Source: Burkholderiales bacterium
GTDB lineage: Bacteria; Pseudomonadota; Gammaproteobacteria; Burkholderiales; JAEUOS01
Assembly: GCA_031423955.1 (NCBI GenBank)
Contig: JANPGJ010000547.1
Span: forward strand, 5,449 to 69,448
Direction: 5' to 3'
Length of the DNA: 64,000 bases
The position numbers and the translations under genes are program-made. Shown piece by piece: positions 1 to 9,967 of this stretch; position 1 is the stretch's first letter, and each line of letters begins with the position of its first letter. Below the pieces are notes generated by a model. It saw only the letters and a list, made by a program, of their open reading frames with translations, made no database searches and was not told where the DNA came from.

Positions 1-1
1 C

Positions 2-568
2 TTGACGTCGGCTTTTTCCGCCGGTTTTGACCGCCTGTATCCGGTGAGAATTGTGGCCACGGCGGCCGCCTTGTGGTGTTTTCGGGCGACTTACTTGCGC
101 TGGGCCTGGCGTCCATCGTGGCATTCGGCCTGGATCGGCGGCGCGGTGTTCCTCATGTGGGTCCTGCTCGAACCGGTGGACGGCAACACCGGGCTGCGGG
201 AAGCGGTGCAAGCATTGCCGCCATCCGAAGCCGCGATCTGGATCACGGCGCGCATCGTCGGGTCGGCCCTGGTCATCCCGCTGGCCGAGGAATTGGCGTT
301 TCGCGGCTATCTGTTGCGCGCGCTCTCGGGCAGTGATACTGACATGCGGGTACCACCGCGTTTCACGTGGCTGTCGCTGATCCTGACTTCGCTCGCATTC
401 GGCATGCTGCACAGCCGATGGCTCGCCGGCCTGGTCGCCGGGCTGGCGTACGCATGGGCCTACCATCAGCGCGGACGCCTCGAAGATGCAGTGGCGGCCC
501 ACGTGGTGACCAACGCGTTGATCGTCCTCGCGGTACTGGTCGCCGGCAACTGGACGCTTTGGTCCTGA
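2..568 (+). CDS. CPBP family intramembrane metalloprotease (CAAX/Abi type), 5' end outside window
   Basis: The ORF is open at the window edge. It carries the CPBP motif triad EELAFRGYL, FGMLH and HVVTNA, and is hydrophobic throughout. Confidence 0.75.
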   Translation: MTSAFSAGFDRLYPVRIVATAAALWCFRATYLRWAWRPSWHSAWIGGAVFLMWVLLEPVDGNTGLREAVQALPPSEAAIWITARIVGSALVIPLAEELAFRGYLLRALSGSDTDMRVPPRFTWLSLILTSLAFGMLHSRWLAGLVAGLAYAWAYHQRGRLEDAVAAHVVTNALIVLAVLVAGNWTLWS

Positions 569-666
569 CATGCGGGCCTTGATCGGCGTGTTTTCAGAGC
601 CGCGCGCACCGATGCCCGTCGCGGCCTGCGGTCACGGTGGCTGCAGTTGCTTGCGCGGGTGCGGGA

Positions 667-1308
667 CTACGGGCGCGCGTACCAGGGCGCGCGCTGCCCG
701 ACCAGCATTGCGAGGCGTTCGAGTTCGGCATCTTCATGATTCTCGAAGGGCGCTGTAACAATCGCGCGCCCCGCCGCCGGGTTGGCAAGAATGCGCCGCG
801 CCGAATGCCTGGTTGAATTGACCAGTTCGCTCTCGCCGGAGGCAGCGGCCAGGTCGATGCTGCCGAAGCAGGTGCAAAAATAGGTCGACTCGGGGCGTAC
901 CTCGACATAGAACCCGGTGCCGCGGATACCCGCGGTCACCGTCGGCGCGGTGATGTTGCGCGGTTTGGTGCTGCGGCCGAATACGCTTGCCAAGGCACCG
1001 GTGAGCATGCGTGCGCCGTCGGCGATGAATAGCGATGCGCCGCGCGTGATGGTGAGGTCGGTATTGGCGCGCACCAGAAAGGCGTCGCGACCGATGGTGA
1101 AGCCGCAGGTGCTGCCGGGCCCGGATCGCACCCGGTCGCCGGTCTGAATCACGCCGTCCGGCGTCAGCCGGCGGCCGTTGACCAGAACGTCACCGGTCAG
1201 TTCGATCAGGTTGCCGACACCCTGGGCCAGCGCACGCTGCGGATCGAGCCACGAGGCCGCGGTGGCGAAGGCGGCGGTGCTCAGCATGAATTCGCGACGT
1301 GTGGTCAT
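667..1308 (-). CDS. Tat-signal periplasmic protein, FecR-like domain (weak assignment)
   Basis: The N-terminus is a twin-arginine leader (MTTRREFMLSTAAFATAASW...ALAQ). The remainder resembles a FecR-type beta-sandwich. Confidence 0.5.
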   Translation of the reverse strand: MTTRREFMLSTAAFATAASWLDPQRALAQGVGNLIELTGDVLVNGRRLTPDGVIQTGDRVRSGPGSTCGFTIGRDAFLVRANTDLTITRGASLFIADGARMLTGALASVFGRSTKPRNITAPTVTAGIRGTGFYVEVRPESTYFCTCFGSIDLAAASGESELVNSTRHSARRILANPAAGRAIVTAPFENHEDAELERLAMLVGQRAPWYARP

Positions 1309-1493
1309 GTCATTTGTCCTTTGGCGTGCAACAGCGCCGAATGGTGCTGTTGCTGCCTGAAAAGTGCCGCTCGGTTGGCAATGCGTGTCGCACCGCCGTC
1401 GAGCCGATTCTACGCGGGTGCTGCTTCATCCTTGCACCTCTTGTACTGTGCCGGCTCGGCGGCGGATGCAGGATGGACGGTTAAAATTGAACA

Positions 1494-2327
1494 ATGGACA
1501 TCACACTACTGATCAAGGCGGCGATTCTCGGCGCGGTTGAAGGCTTGACCGAGTTTTTGCCAATCTCGTCGACCGGGCACCTGATCCTGGCCGGCCAATT
1601 GCTCGGATTCGTCGGTGAAAAGGCCAAATTGTTCGAGATCGTGATCCAGAGCGGTGCGATTCTGGCGGTCTGCATCGAGTACCGCCAGCGCCTGTGGGGC
1701 GCGATCAAGGGCATCGGTTCTGAAGAACGTGCGCGCCGCTTCTGGATCAACCTGGCGATCGCCTTCATGCCGCTGGCGGTGCTCGGACTGGCCTTCAACA
1801 AGGTGATCAAGGCGCATCTGTTCAACGCCACCACGGTGGCTATCACCTTCATCGTCGGCGGCCTGATCATCCTGTGGGTCGAGCGTGCGCAGCCGGTGGC
1901 GCGCGCGGTGCGGGTCGGTGAAGTCGACGACATGAGTGCGATGGATGCGTTGAAGCTCGGTCTGGCGCAGACCCTGGCGCTGTTGCCGGGCACCAGTCGT
2001 TCCGGCGCTACCATCATCGGCGGCATGTTGTTCGGGCTGTCGCGCAAGGCGGCGACCGAGTTTTCGTTCTTCCTGGCGGTGCCGACCCTGATCGCGGCAT
2101 CGCTGTATTCGCTCTACAAGGAGCGTCACCTGCTGTCGATGGCCGATGCCGGCATGTGGGCGGTCGGATTCATCACCGCCTTCCTGAGTGCTTTTGTATG
2201 CGTGCGCTGGCTGATCCGGTTTGTCTCGACTCACGACTTCCGGCCCTTCGCCTGGTACCGGATCGTGTTTGGCGCGGCCGTGTTGCTGACCGCGCATTTC
2301 GGCTGGGTGTCCTGGCAGGCGGGCTAG
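1494..2327 (+). CDS. uppP: undecaprenyl-diphosphate phosphatase
   Basis: [30 protein letters not shown] and [10 protein letters not shown] are the BacA/UppP signatures. The protein is full length at 277 aa. Confidence 0.95.
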   Translation: MDITLLIKAAILGAVEGLTEFLPISSTGHLILAGQLLGFVGEKAKLFEIVIQSGAILAVCIEYRQRLWGAIKGIGSEERARRFWINLAIAFMPLAVLGLAFNKVIKAHLFNATTVAITFIVGGLIILWVERAQPVARAVRVGEVDDMSAMDALKLGLAQTLALLPGTSRSGATIIGGMLFGLSRKAATEFSFFLAVPTLIAASLYSLYKERHLLSMADAGMWAVGFITAFLSAFVCVRWLIRFVSTHDFRPFAWYRIVFGAAVLLTAHFGWVSWQAG

Positions 2328-2379
2328 AAGAACTGCGCGCGCCGCAAGGCGCGCGCGGCGCGACGTCGCGCCAGAAAGC

Positions 2380-3000
2380 TTATTTTGCCGGTGCAGGGGC
2401 CGGCGCAGGTGCCGGAGGAGCGGCGGCCGGTGGTGTTGCCGTCGCCGGTCCGGCCTCACGTTGCGCCTTCATTGCGGCTTCCTGGCGCGCCAGCATGTTG
2501 GCAGAGCCGTCGATATCAAGCGCCCGCATGGTGGTCATGCGCAGCCGGCAATTGGCATTCTCCAGATTGGCCGGCGGCGGCCCGTTCTCGTCAGCGATCA
2601 GGTTGCACTCGCTGCCGCGAAATCGGCGCCAGTCGGCATTGGCCACATCGAGCCGCTTCCGGCCTTCGGCCGGCATGATCTTGGACAACTTCTGGGTGGC
2701 ACTGGTGAGGCGCGCTTCCTGGCGCTTGAGTTCGCCAGTCAGGCAGCCGAGGATGGCCACCGGGTCATCGGCTTTCTTCTCCTGCATTGCGGCCTGCGCT
2801 TTCTGGATGCATTCGCGAAAATCCCGCGTCAGCGGATCGGTCTGCGGCGGGCCGCCGGGCGGCGCTTCACGCGCCTGATTGGGCGCGGGCGCCGCAAGCG
2901 GGGCCTGCGGCGGTGGCGGCGGCGCCTTCATTTGCGCCAGCGCTGGTGCGGCGGCCAGACAAGCAACGGCCAGAATCGAGAGGATGCGAACGGTGTTCAT
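2380..3000 (-). CDS. DUF1311/LprI-like periplasmic protein with Pro/Ala-rich linkers
   Basis: An internal ATG at 3000 gives the signal peptide MNTVRILSILAVACLAAAPALAQ. A Cys-containing helical core (CIQKAQ...ADWRRFRGSEC) is typical of DUF1311. The upstream 110 codons of the track ORF are Arg/Pro junk. Confidence 0.6.
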   Translation of the reverse strand: MNTVRILSILAVACLAAAPALAQMKAPPPPPQAPLAAPAPNQAREAPPGGPPQTDPLTRDFRECIQKAQAAMQEKKADDPVAILGCLTGELKRQEARLTSATQKLSKIMPAEGRKRLDVANADWRRFRGSECNLIADENGPPPANLENANCRLRMTTMRALDIDGSANMLARQEAAMKAQREAGPATATPPAAAPPAPAPAPAPAK

Positions 3001-3047
3001 GGTGTTGCCTTGTGGTTGTGCCCGGCGTGGGGCGGGCGGAGACTGCC

Positions 3048-3818
3048 TCAAACGGCCAGCCGGCGGAATATTACATCGCGCACACCGTGCCCCAATTTCA
3101 GGCCGCGGTGTTCGAATTTGGTCAGGGGCCGATAGTCCGGCCGGTCCGCGAAGCCTGGTGCGGAATTGGTCAACAAGGGCTCGGCGGACATCACCGCAAG
3201 CATTTGCTGCGCGTAGTCTTCCCAGTCGGTCGCGCAATGCAGGATACCGCCGGGCGCCAGCCGGCTGGCCAACAGCGCGACGAAGGGCGGCGCGATCAGG
3301 CGTCGCTTGTGGTGGCGCGCCTTGGGCCACGGATCGGGAAAGAACACGTGAATCCCGGCCAGGCTGGCCGGCGCGATCATGTGTTGCACCACTTCAACCG
3401 CGTCGTGCCGGATCACGCGCAGGTTGGTCAGTTTTTTCTCATCGACCAGTTTCAGCAGGGCGCCGACACCGGGGGCGTGTACTTCGAGGCCGAGAAAATC
3501 GGTGGCCGGTGTCGCTGCGCCGATATGCGCCGTGGTTTCGCCCATGCCGAAGCCAATCTCCAGCACCAGCGGCGCACGGCGCCCGAAGGCCAGGGCGAAA
3601 TCGAAGACCTGCGCCTGATAGTCAATCCCGAAACGCGGCAGCAACTCGTCGTAGGCGCGGATCTGCGCCGGCGACATGCGCCCCTGGCGCAGCACGAAAC
3701 TGCGAATCGATTGCGCAGTCAGGCGCGCCGGGTCATCGGTGCTGCCCGGTTGCCGCTTGTCCGCCGCTGCCAGGCCGGCGCGTGCCGACGAAACAGAATC
3801 CGGAAGCGCGCGCGTCAC
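3048..3818 (-). CDS. trmB: tRNA (guanine46-N7)-methyltransferase
   Basis: LEIGFGMGE and [16 protein letters not shown] are TrmB motifs. Confidence 0.9.
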   Translation of the reverse strand: MTRALPDSVSSARAGLAAADKRQPGSTDDPARLTAQSIRSFVLRQGRMSPAQIRAYDELLPRFGIDYQAQVFDFALAFGRRAPLVLEIGFGMGETTAHIGAATPATDFLGLEVHAPGVGALLKLVDEKKLTNLRVIRHDAVEVVQHMIAPASLAGIHVFFPDPWPKARHHKRRLIAPPFVALLASRLAPGGILHCATDWEDYAQQMLAVMSAEPLLTNSAPGFADRPDYRPLTKFEHRGLKLGHGVRDVIFRRLAV

Positions 3819-4624
3819 GCGCCGCGACCGGCGATCATGCCGCCAGTCGGTGATGAGGGTGCGGCCGAATACAGTCTGCGCGGCATGCGCCCGGCCAGAA
3901 AAGCCTCGCGGCCGGCCTGCACCGCCTTGTTCATCGCCGACCCCATCAGCACCGGATCATGCGCTGCAGCGATCGCGGTGTTCATCAGCACGCCGTCGCA
4001 TCCCAGTTCCATCGCGATCGCCGCGTCCGAGGCGGTGCCGACACCGGCATCGACGATCACCGGCACCCGCGCCTTCTCGATGATCAGGGACAGGTTCCAG
4101 GGGTTCAGGATGCCCATCCCGGATCCGATCAGCGAGGCCAGCGGCATCACCGCGACGCAGCCGATTTCCTCGAGCTGTTTGGCCAGGAGCGGGTCGTCGC
4201 TGCAATACACCATGACCGAGAAGCCGTCGGCGACCAGGGTTTTCGCCGCCGCCAGGGTTTCAATCATGTTCGGGTAGAGCGTGTGCGAATCGCCCAGGAC
4301 TTCGAGCTTGACCAGGCTATGGCCGTCGAGCAGTTCGCGCGCCAGGCGCAGCGTGCGTACCGCATCGTCGGCGCTGTAGCAACCGGCGGTATTGGGCAGC
4401 AGGGTGTATTTCGACGGCGGCAGGTAGTCCAGAAGCGACGGGGTGTTCGGGTCCTGGCCGAGATTGGTGCGGCGAATCGCGACCGTGACGATCTGCGCAC
4501 CGGAGGCTTCGATCGCCTCGCGCGTCTGTTCGAAATCGCGGTACTTGCCGGTGCCGACCAGCAGGCGCGAGGCGTACGGTTTGCCGGCGATTTCAAAAGT
4601 CTTGTCCTTGATGCTCATTTCCAT
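3815..4624 (-). CDS. thiG: thiazole synthase
   Basis: [19 protein letters not shown]...[14 protein letters not shown] identifies a full-length ThiG. It overlaps the trmB start by 4 nt. Confidence 0.95.
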   Translation of the reverse strand: MEMSIKDKTFEIAGKPYASRLLVGTGKYRDFEQTREAIEASGAQIVTVAIRRTNLGQDPNTPSLLDYLPPSKYTLLPNTAGCYSADDAVRTLRLARELLDGHSLVKLEVLGDSHTLYPNMIETLAAAKTLVADGFSVMVYCSDDPLLAKQLEEIGCVAVMPLASLIGSGMGILNPWNLSLIIEKARVPVIVDAGVGTASDAAIAMELGCDGVLMNTAIAAAHDPVLMGSAMNKAVQAGREAFLAGRMPRRLYSAAPSSPTGGMIAGRGA

Positions 4625-4639
4625 CCGACCTTCCCGTAC

Positions 4640-4843
4640 TCAGCCGCCACCGACGGCGGCCACGATTTCCAGCGCATCTCCGGCGGCGAGAATGGTGTCG
4701 CTGTGACGACCCTTGGGCACGATTTCGCCGTTCCGTTCCACCGCCACCCGTTTGCCGGCGAGCGACATTTGCGTCAGCAGCGTGGCAACGCTTGCGCCGG
4801 CGGCGATCATGCGGGACTCGCCATTGACCGATATTGGTATCAC
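4640..4843 (-). CDS. thiS: sulfur carrier protein ThiS
   Basis: A 67-aa protein ending in GGG, with the VAVERNGEIVP motif, sits directly upstream of thiG. Confidence 0.85.
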   Translation of the reverse strand: MIPISVNGESRMIAAGASVATLLTQMSLAGKRVAVERNGEIVPKGRHSDTILAAGDALEIVAAVGGG

Positions 4844-4980
4844 TGCAACGACTCTTGATCAACCGAGCCCCGAAGTGTAGCGGAACGCGCCGGCTACAGC
4901 CCACAACCGGTGCTGGTTCAACCGTCCGCTCCTGTGGTCTCGACTATGATTGCCGTTTCGCCAAAACGACCGAATCTGCG

Positions 4981-5589
4981 ATGAGCATTCGAATCAAGCG
5001 TCATTTGCAGGAGCGCTGCCCCGAGCTTGCCGACCTGCTGGCGGAAATGAAGACCGTACCGAAGCTGCGGCGCCGCGACCTGCCTTTGCCCGAAGCCCTG
5101 GTAAGGGTGGTGACCGGCCAGATGTTGTCGGCGCAGGCCGCGCAGACGATTTACGAGCGCATCAGGCTTGCCGCCGAAGCGCGCAAGCTGCAAGGGTCAT
5201 GGCTGCTCGACCATGACAGCCTGCGCGCCTGCGGCCTGAGCGGCGCCAAGGCGCGCACCGTGTGCGAGATCGGCGCGCAGATTGGCGCCTACCCGTGTGC
5301 CCTCGACCACTGGTACGAACTGCCGCCGGAGCGCCTGATCGAAGAGATCCGGCAATATCGTGGCATGGGCGCGTGGACAGCGTCGATCATCGCGCTGTTC
5401 TATGTCGGCCATGAAGACATCTTTCCGGCGGCCGATGGCAGTATTCGACGTGCCGTCGCGCTGATCGAGGGGCGGCAAAAAAAGCGCGGACGCCGCGCCT
5501 TCGATGCTGACCGTGCCGCGCCTTATCGCTCGTATCTGGCGATGTATCTATGGCGCGCGCTTGATACCGGGGTCCTGAAAACGTCGTAA
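4981..5589 (+). CDS. HhH-GPD superfamily DNA glycosylase (AlkA/3-methyladenine glycosylase II-like)
   Basis: The ATG at 4981 is used as the start. VTGQMLSAQAA...YRGMGAWTASIIALF...FPAADGSIRRA follows the helix-hairpin-helix/GPD pattern. Confidence 0.65.
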   Translation: MSIRIKRHLQERCPELADLLAEMKTVPKLRRRDLPLPEALVRVVTGQMLSAQAAQTIYERIRLAAEARKLQGSWLLDHDSLRACGLSGAKARTVCEIGAQIGAYPCALDHWYELPPERLIEEIRQYRGMGAWTASIIALFYVGHEDIFPAADGSIRRAVALIEGRQKKRGRRAFDADRAAPYRSYLAMYLWRALDTGVLKTS

Positions 5590-5616
5590 AATCCGAACTT
5601 GTCGCGGGTGTAGCTC

Positions 5617-5690
5617 GCGGGTGTAGCTCAATGGTAGAGCAGAAGCTTCCCAAGCTTACGACGAGGGTTCGATTCCCTTCACCCGCTCCA
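5617..5690 (+). tRNA. tRNA-Gly (anticodon CCC)
   Basis: GCGGGTG acceptor stem, TAGCTCAATGGTAGAGCA D-arm, anticodon loop CTTCCCAAG, GGTTCGATTCC T-arm, and an encoded CCA. Confidence 0.9.
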
Positions 5691-5887
5691 GTACCGCAGC
5701 ATGTCGCACCTTCCCGGTTTTACCCTGGCGAATCGGCACGCAGGCCGGGGTGGATTCGCCGTCGGGTCAGTCGCGGATCGCAGGCCGCGCAAGTGATCGA
5801 GTTTGCGGCCGATCCGGTTGACTGCCCCGATAATGTCCACTTCAAACGCCCGCCATTGCGGGCCAATCTCATGTCACCAGGACTTAC

Positions 5888-7051
5888 ATGATCGATACGC
5901 AGACCCAGAATTTTCCGGAGATTCGTGAAGCCGTCGGCGCCCTGTGCGCCCAATATGATTCGGCCTACTGGCAAAAGGTCGACGATGCGCGCGCTTACCC
6001 GGAAGCATTTGTCGACGCGCTGACCAGCGCCGGCTGGATGGCCGCCCTGATTCCCGAATCCTATGGCGGTTCCGGCCTGGGCCTGGCCGAAGCCTCGGTG
6101 GTGATGGAGGAAATCAATCGCCGCGGCGGCAACTCCGGCGCCTGCCACGGCCAGATGTACAACATGAATACCCTGCTGCGGCACGGCTCGGAGGCGCAGA
6201 AGCGCCAGTACCTGCCGAAAATCGCATCCGGCGAGTTGCGCCTGCAGTCGATGGGTGTGACCGAGCCCACCACTGGGACAGACACGACCAAGATCAAGAC
6301 GGTGGCCGAGCGAATGGGCGACTAGTACGTGGTCAATGGGCAGTTGGTGTGGATTTCGCGCATCCAGCACTCCGACCTGATGATTCTGCTGGCGCGCACC
6401 ACGGCGCTGGCGGACGTCAAGAAAAAAGCCGATGGCCTGTCGATTTTCTTAGTCGACCTGAAACACGCGGTGGCCAACGGCATGAGCGTGCGGCCGATCC
6501 GCAACATGGTCAATCACGAGACCAACGAGCTGTTCTTCGACAACCTCGAGATTCCGGCCGACAACCTGATCGGCGAAGAGGGCAAGGGCTTTCGTTACAT
6601 TCTTGATGGCCTGAATGCCGAGCGCGCCCTGATCGCCGCCGAATGCATCGGCGACGCCTACTGGTTCATCGATCGCGCCTCGAAATACGCGAGTGAGCGG
6701 ATCGTCTTCGACCGCCCGATCGGCAAGAACCAGGGCGTGCAGTTCCCGATCGCCGAGAGCTACATCGAGACCGAGGCCGCCAACCTGATGCGCTGGAAGG
6801 CCTGCGAACTGTTCGACGCCCACAAGCCCTGTGGCTCCGAGGCCAACATGGCCAAATACCTGTGCGCCAAGGCCTCATGGGAGGCGGCCAATGCCTGCCT
6901 GCAAACCCATGGCGGTTTCGGCTTCGCCTGCGAGTACGACATCGAACGCAAGTTCCGCGAAACCCGCCTGTATCAGGTGGCGCCGATCTCGACCAACCTG
7001 ATTCTCTCGTATGTCGCCGAACACGTACTGGGCATGCCGCGATCCTTTTAA
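5888..7051 (+). pseudogene. acyl-CoA dehydrogenase interrupted by one in-frame TAG (6323-6325)
   Basis: ORFs 5888-6325 and 6329-7051 are in the same frame. Together they give a ~387-aa ACAD (...AERMGD*YVVNGQLVWISR...). Only one stop separates them. Confidence 0.8.
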
Positions 7052-7069
7052 GAGCGGACCAAACAGGAT

Positions 7070-7099
7070 CGGACAAAAGTGAAACCCTACTTTTGTCCG
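7070..7099. repeat. hairpin element CGGACAAAAGT-N8-ACTTTTGTCCG (copy 1 of 2)
   Basis: Perfect 11-bp stem. It lies 19 nt after the ACAD stop. A near-identical copy is at 44477-44506. Confidence 0.7.
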
Positions 7100-7174
7100 G
7101 ATTAGCTTGAATGGAATCGCTGGCGGAGCCAGACGATTCCATTGGCAAACCCTACGAAAAGGCTCGGGCCTGTC

Positions 7175-7948
7175 ATGACTGCGCCATTGCATCGTAAACC
7201 GTCGACCGATGTGCTTGCAGCGCGTGCCAAGGTGGCGGTGGTGGTGCCGGCTACCAACACGATTGTCGAGCCGGAGTTCGAGGCGATGCGGCCGGCCGGG
7301 GTGACCAATCACGTGACGCGGATGTATTTGCCGCCGCGGCCGTATGGCGACATGGAAACCTACCGGCGCGCGCTTGATACCGAGGAAGGCAAACTCGATG
7401 ACGCCCTCGACCTGGTGTTGCCGTGCGAGCCGCATGTGGTGGCGCACGGGCATTCGATCCACTCGTTTCGCGGTGACCGGGCGCGCGCCGAAGCCGAACA
7501 GAAGAAGCTGGAAGACTATTGCGGCCTGCCGTTCGTCACGCCGTCGATCGCGGTGCTGAAAGGCCTGGAGGCGATCGGCAATCCGCGGCGGATCGCGGTG
7601 TTGACGCCTTACTGGCCGCCGGCCGATGCGCTGATCGCGGAATTTTTCGCCGCCTGCGGCTATGAGGTCGTCAACACTCTTGGCCTGAAAGCGACCGGGC
7701 CGACCGCGGTGGCACGCATCACGCTCGACGAAATACGTGCCGGCTTCCGGGCCCTCGATGGTCCGGCGGTCGAGGCGATGGTGCATGTCGGCACCAACCT
7801 GCCGGTATCGGCGATCACCGATGCGATCGAGGTCGCGCACGGCAAGCCGCTGATCGGCGTCAATGTGGCAACCTATTGGCAGGCGCTGCGGCGGGTCGGG
7901 ATTACTGACGCATTACCCGGATTCGGCATGCTGGCGCGCGAGCACTGA
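7175..7948 (+). CDS. Asp/Glu/hydantoin racemase superfamily protein (maleate isomerase / arylmalonate decarboxylase-like)
   Basis: VVVPATNTIVEPEF...HVVAHGHS...VLTPYWP...HVGTNLP pattern. The ATG at 7175 is preferred over the TTG at 7142. Confidence 0.65.
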   Translation: MTAPLHRKPSTDVLAARAKVAVVVPATNTIVEPEFEAMRPAGVTNHVTRMYLPPRPYGDMETYRRALDTEEGKLDDALDLVLPCEPHVVAHGHSIHSFRGDRARAEAEQKKLEDYCGLPFVTPSIAVLKGLEAIGNPRRIAVLTPYWPPADALIAEFFAACGYEVVNTLGLKATGPTAVARITLDEIRAGFRALDGPAVEAMVHVGTNLPVSAITDAIEVAHGKPLIGVNVATYWQALRRVGITDALPGFGMLAREH

Positions 7949-8136
7949 GCTTGGCCAACGACGAGGCGACGTCCATGCGCAAGTGCCCGGTCAACGCGCA
8001 GCGCTGCATTGGCGATCCTGACATTGTGCCGGGTCTGCTGACCACTTGCGATGGTTTGCTGTTCATGCAGGGGCGGAATATCGCCGACCGTTTCAAATCC
8101 GATCACCCCACAACCTGACAACAAAGGAAACCCATC

Positions 8137-8907
8137 ATGGATCTCGGACTCAAGGGCAAGAACGTTCTGATCACCGGCGCATCGAAGGGCATCGGCCTGG
8201 CCTGCGCCAAGGCATTCGCCGCCGAAGGCGCGCGCCTGCACCTGGCTTCGCGCGACGCTGCGCGGCTGGACGAGGCGCGCTTGCAAATCCTGGCCAACAG
8301 CAAGGTCGAGATCACCCTGCATCCGTTGGATTTGTCCAGGCCCGGATCCGCCAAGGCACTGGCGGCTGCCTGCGGCGAGCTCGATGTGCTGGTCAACAAT
8401 GCCGGCGCGATTCCCGGCGGCTCGGTCGAAGCGATCGACGAGGCGCGCTGGCGCGACGCCTGGGACCTGAAAGTGTTCGGCTACATCAACATGACCCGCG
8501 AAGTTCTGCCGCCGATGATGAAGCGCAAGAGCGGTGTGATCGTCAATGTGATCGGCCTGGCCGGCGCCAAGCCCAGCTTCGACTATATCTGCGGCGCCAC
8601 CGGCAATGCTGCACTGATCGCCTTCACCAAGGGCGTCGGCGCCGGCGCCACCAACCACGGCGTGCGGGTGCTTGGCGTCAACCCGACCGCCACGCGCACC
8701 GATCGCATCATCACCTTGACCAAGGCGCGCGCAAAAACCACCTTTGGCGACGAGTCGCGCTGGGAGGAGTTGCTGTCGAACATGCCGTTTGGGCGCATCG
8801 CCGAGACCGAGGAAGTCGCCGATGTGGTGCTGTACTGCGCCTCGGAGCGCGCCTCGTATTTGAGCGGCACGGTGATTGATATCGACGGTGGCCAACTGTA
8901 TCGTTAG
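8137..8907 (+). CDS. SDR family oxidoreductase
   Basis: TGASKGIG Rossmann motif, NNAG, and a classical SDR length. An AAGGAAA RBS lies upstream. Confidence 0.85.
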   Translation: MDLGLKGKNVLITGASKGIGLACAKAFAAEGARLHLASRDAARLDEARLQILANSKVEITLHPLDLSRPGSAKALAAACGELDVLVNNAGAIPGGSVEAIDEARWRDAWDLKVFGYINMTREVLPPMMKRKSGVIVNVIGLAGAKPSFDYICGATGNAALIAFTKGVGAGATNHGVRVLGVNPTATRTDRIITLTKARAKTTFGDESRWEELLSNMPFGRIAETEEVADVVLYCASERASYLSGTVIDIDGGQLYR

Positions 8908-9156
8908 AGGCTGTTCTCAGTGTTGGTGATTCGATTCATAGCGATATTGACAGCACTGAACGTAATTGTAAGCGAGTACTCACAATTATTTGATTTTCCG
9001 GCGCTTGTGAACGAGTGTAAAGGCGGCTTGCGGAACTTCATGGTGCAATGCACAATCCAATGACAAGATGTAGCTGACTTGCTGCATCCAATAGTCTTAA
9101 CCGGCAGCGCTTGATGGCGACCAAAAGCCGCCCCGTCGCTGCCAGGGAGAGTGCTC

Positions 9157-9777
9157 ATGAATACCCCCGTTGTCCGGCACCTGGCCGATTCCGATCGCTG
9201 GCGCCTGCGCCCGCATTACAAGGCCCTTGATCCGGAGGATCGCCGCCTGCGCTTTGGCGTCACCTTGAACGACGATGCACTCGATCGCTATGTTGATCTG
9301 ATCGATTTCGACACCGATGCCGTGCTCGGGGTGGTCGATGCCAGCGACATTCTGGTGGCGGTCGCGCATGTCGCGCCGGTCGGCGAAGGCGCCGAACTGG
9401 GCCTGTCGGTGCATCAGGGTCAGCGCGGCCACGGGCTTGGCGGCGCCCTGTTCGAGCAAGCGGCGACGTGGGCGCGCAATCGCTACCTGCAGCGCATCTT
9501 CATGCATTGCCTGCGCGAAAACCGCGCCATCCTGCACTTGGCTCGCAGCCATGGCATGACCGTCTCGATGGATGGCAGCGACAGCAGCGCGGTGATGCTG
9601 CTGGCGGCGCCGACGTTCGACACCTTGATCAATGAGCAGGCGACGCATTGGTCGGCGGCGGCGGCCGATTTGCGGCAAATCGAAAGCCGCTGGTTCGACT
9701 GTGTGCTGGCCGGCCCGCAGGCGGTGGCCGCGGCATTTGGCGCTGCGCTGCGCGCGGGCAAGCCACTGGCTGGATAG
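9157..9777 (+). CDS. GNAT family N-acetyltransferase (probable)
   Basis: QGQRGHGLGGALFEQA is an acetyl-CoA-binding-like motif. The ATG lies 7 nt after GGGAGA. Confidence 0.55.
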   Translation: MNTPVVRHLADSDRWRLRPHYKALDPEDRRLRFGVTLNDDALDRYVDLIDFDTDAVLGVVDASDILVAVAHVAPVGEGAELGLSVHQGQRGHGLGGALFEQAATWARNRYLQRIFMHCLRENRAILHLARSHGMTVSMDGSDSSAVMLLAAPTFDTLINEQATHWSAAAADLRQIESRWFDCVLAGPQAVAAAFGAALRAGKPLAG

Positions 9778-9864
9778 ACCGCGGCCGCCATCCGGTCCGG
9801 GCGGCCATCTTGAAGCGCAGGAAAAAGCCGGCGCGGCGCGCGCCTGTGGTTTCACTTCGCGACC

Positions 9865-9894
9865 TTGTTTTAACGGTCCGGTTAAAAGTAGAAT
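9865..9894 (+). promoter_or_regulatory. candidate promoter/operator of the TRAP operon
   Basis: TTGTTT (9865-9870), an 18-nt spacer, then TAGAAT (9889-9894). The spacer holds the inverted repeat TTTTAAC-N6-GTTAAAA (9868-9887). Confidence 0.3.
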
Positions 9895-9967
9895 GTGAAG
9901 GTCGAGGTTGGCCGGCGGAAGCAAGCGTCGGGACCCTGATCCAAGCATTCATAACCGAGGAGACCGC

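Noticed and set aside
2787-4277. A 496-aa plus-strand ORF, plus the parallel 324-aa ORF at 2879-3853.
   Set aside because: It is antisense to the well-supported trmB and thiG. The composition is Arg/Ala/Pro/Gly-rich, typical of shadow frames in GC-rich DNA, and no motif was recognised.
4844-4980. A possible TPP riboswitch upstream of thiS.
   Set aside because: Reading the minus strand, I could not find the conserved CUGAGA / ACCUGAUCUGGAUAAUGCCAGCG-type core. The region is probably just a divergent promoter.
6321-6326. ACTAGT (a SpeI site) at the amber codon of the ACAD, and again at 14836-14841, as a possible engineering scar.
   Set aside because: Only a 6-mer is shared. The second copy is simply the stop/start overlap region of two native genes. 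There are no flanking vector-like or repeated sequences.
6875-8895. 321-aa and 340-aa minus-strand ORFs.
   Set aside because: They are antisense to the racemase-superfamily and SDR genes and have shadow-frame composition.
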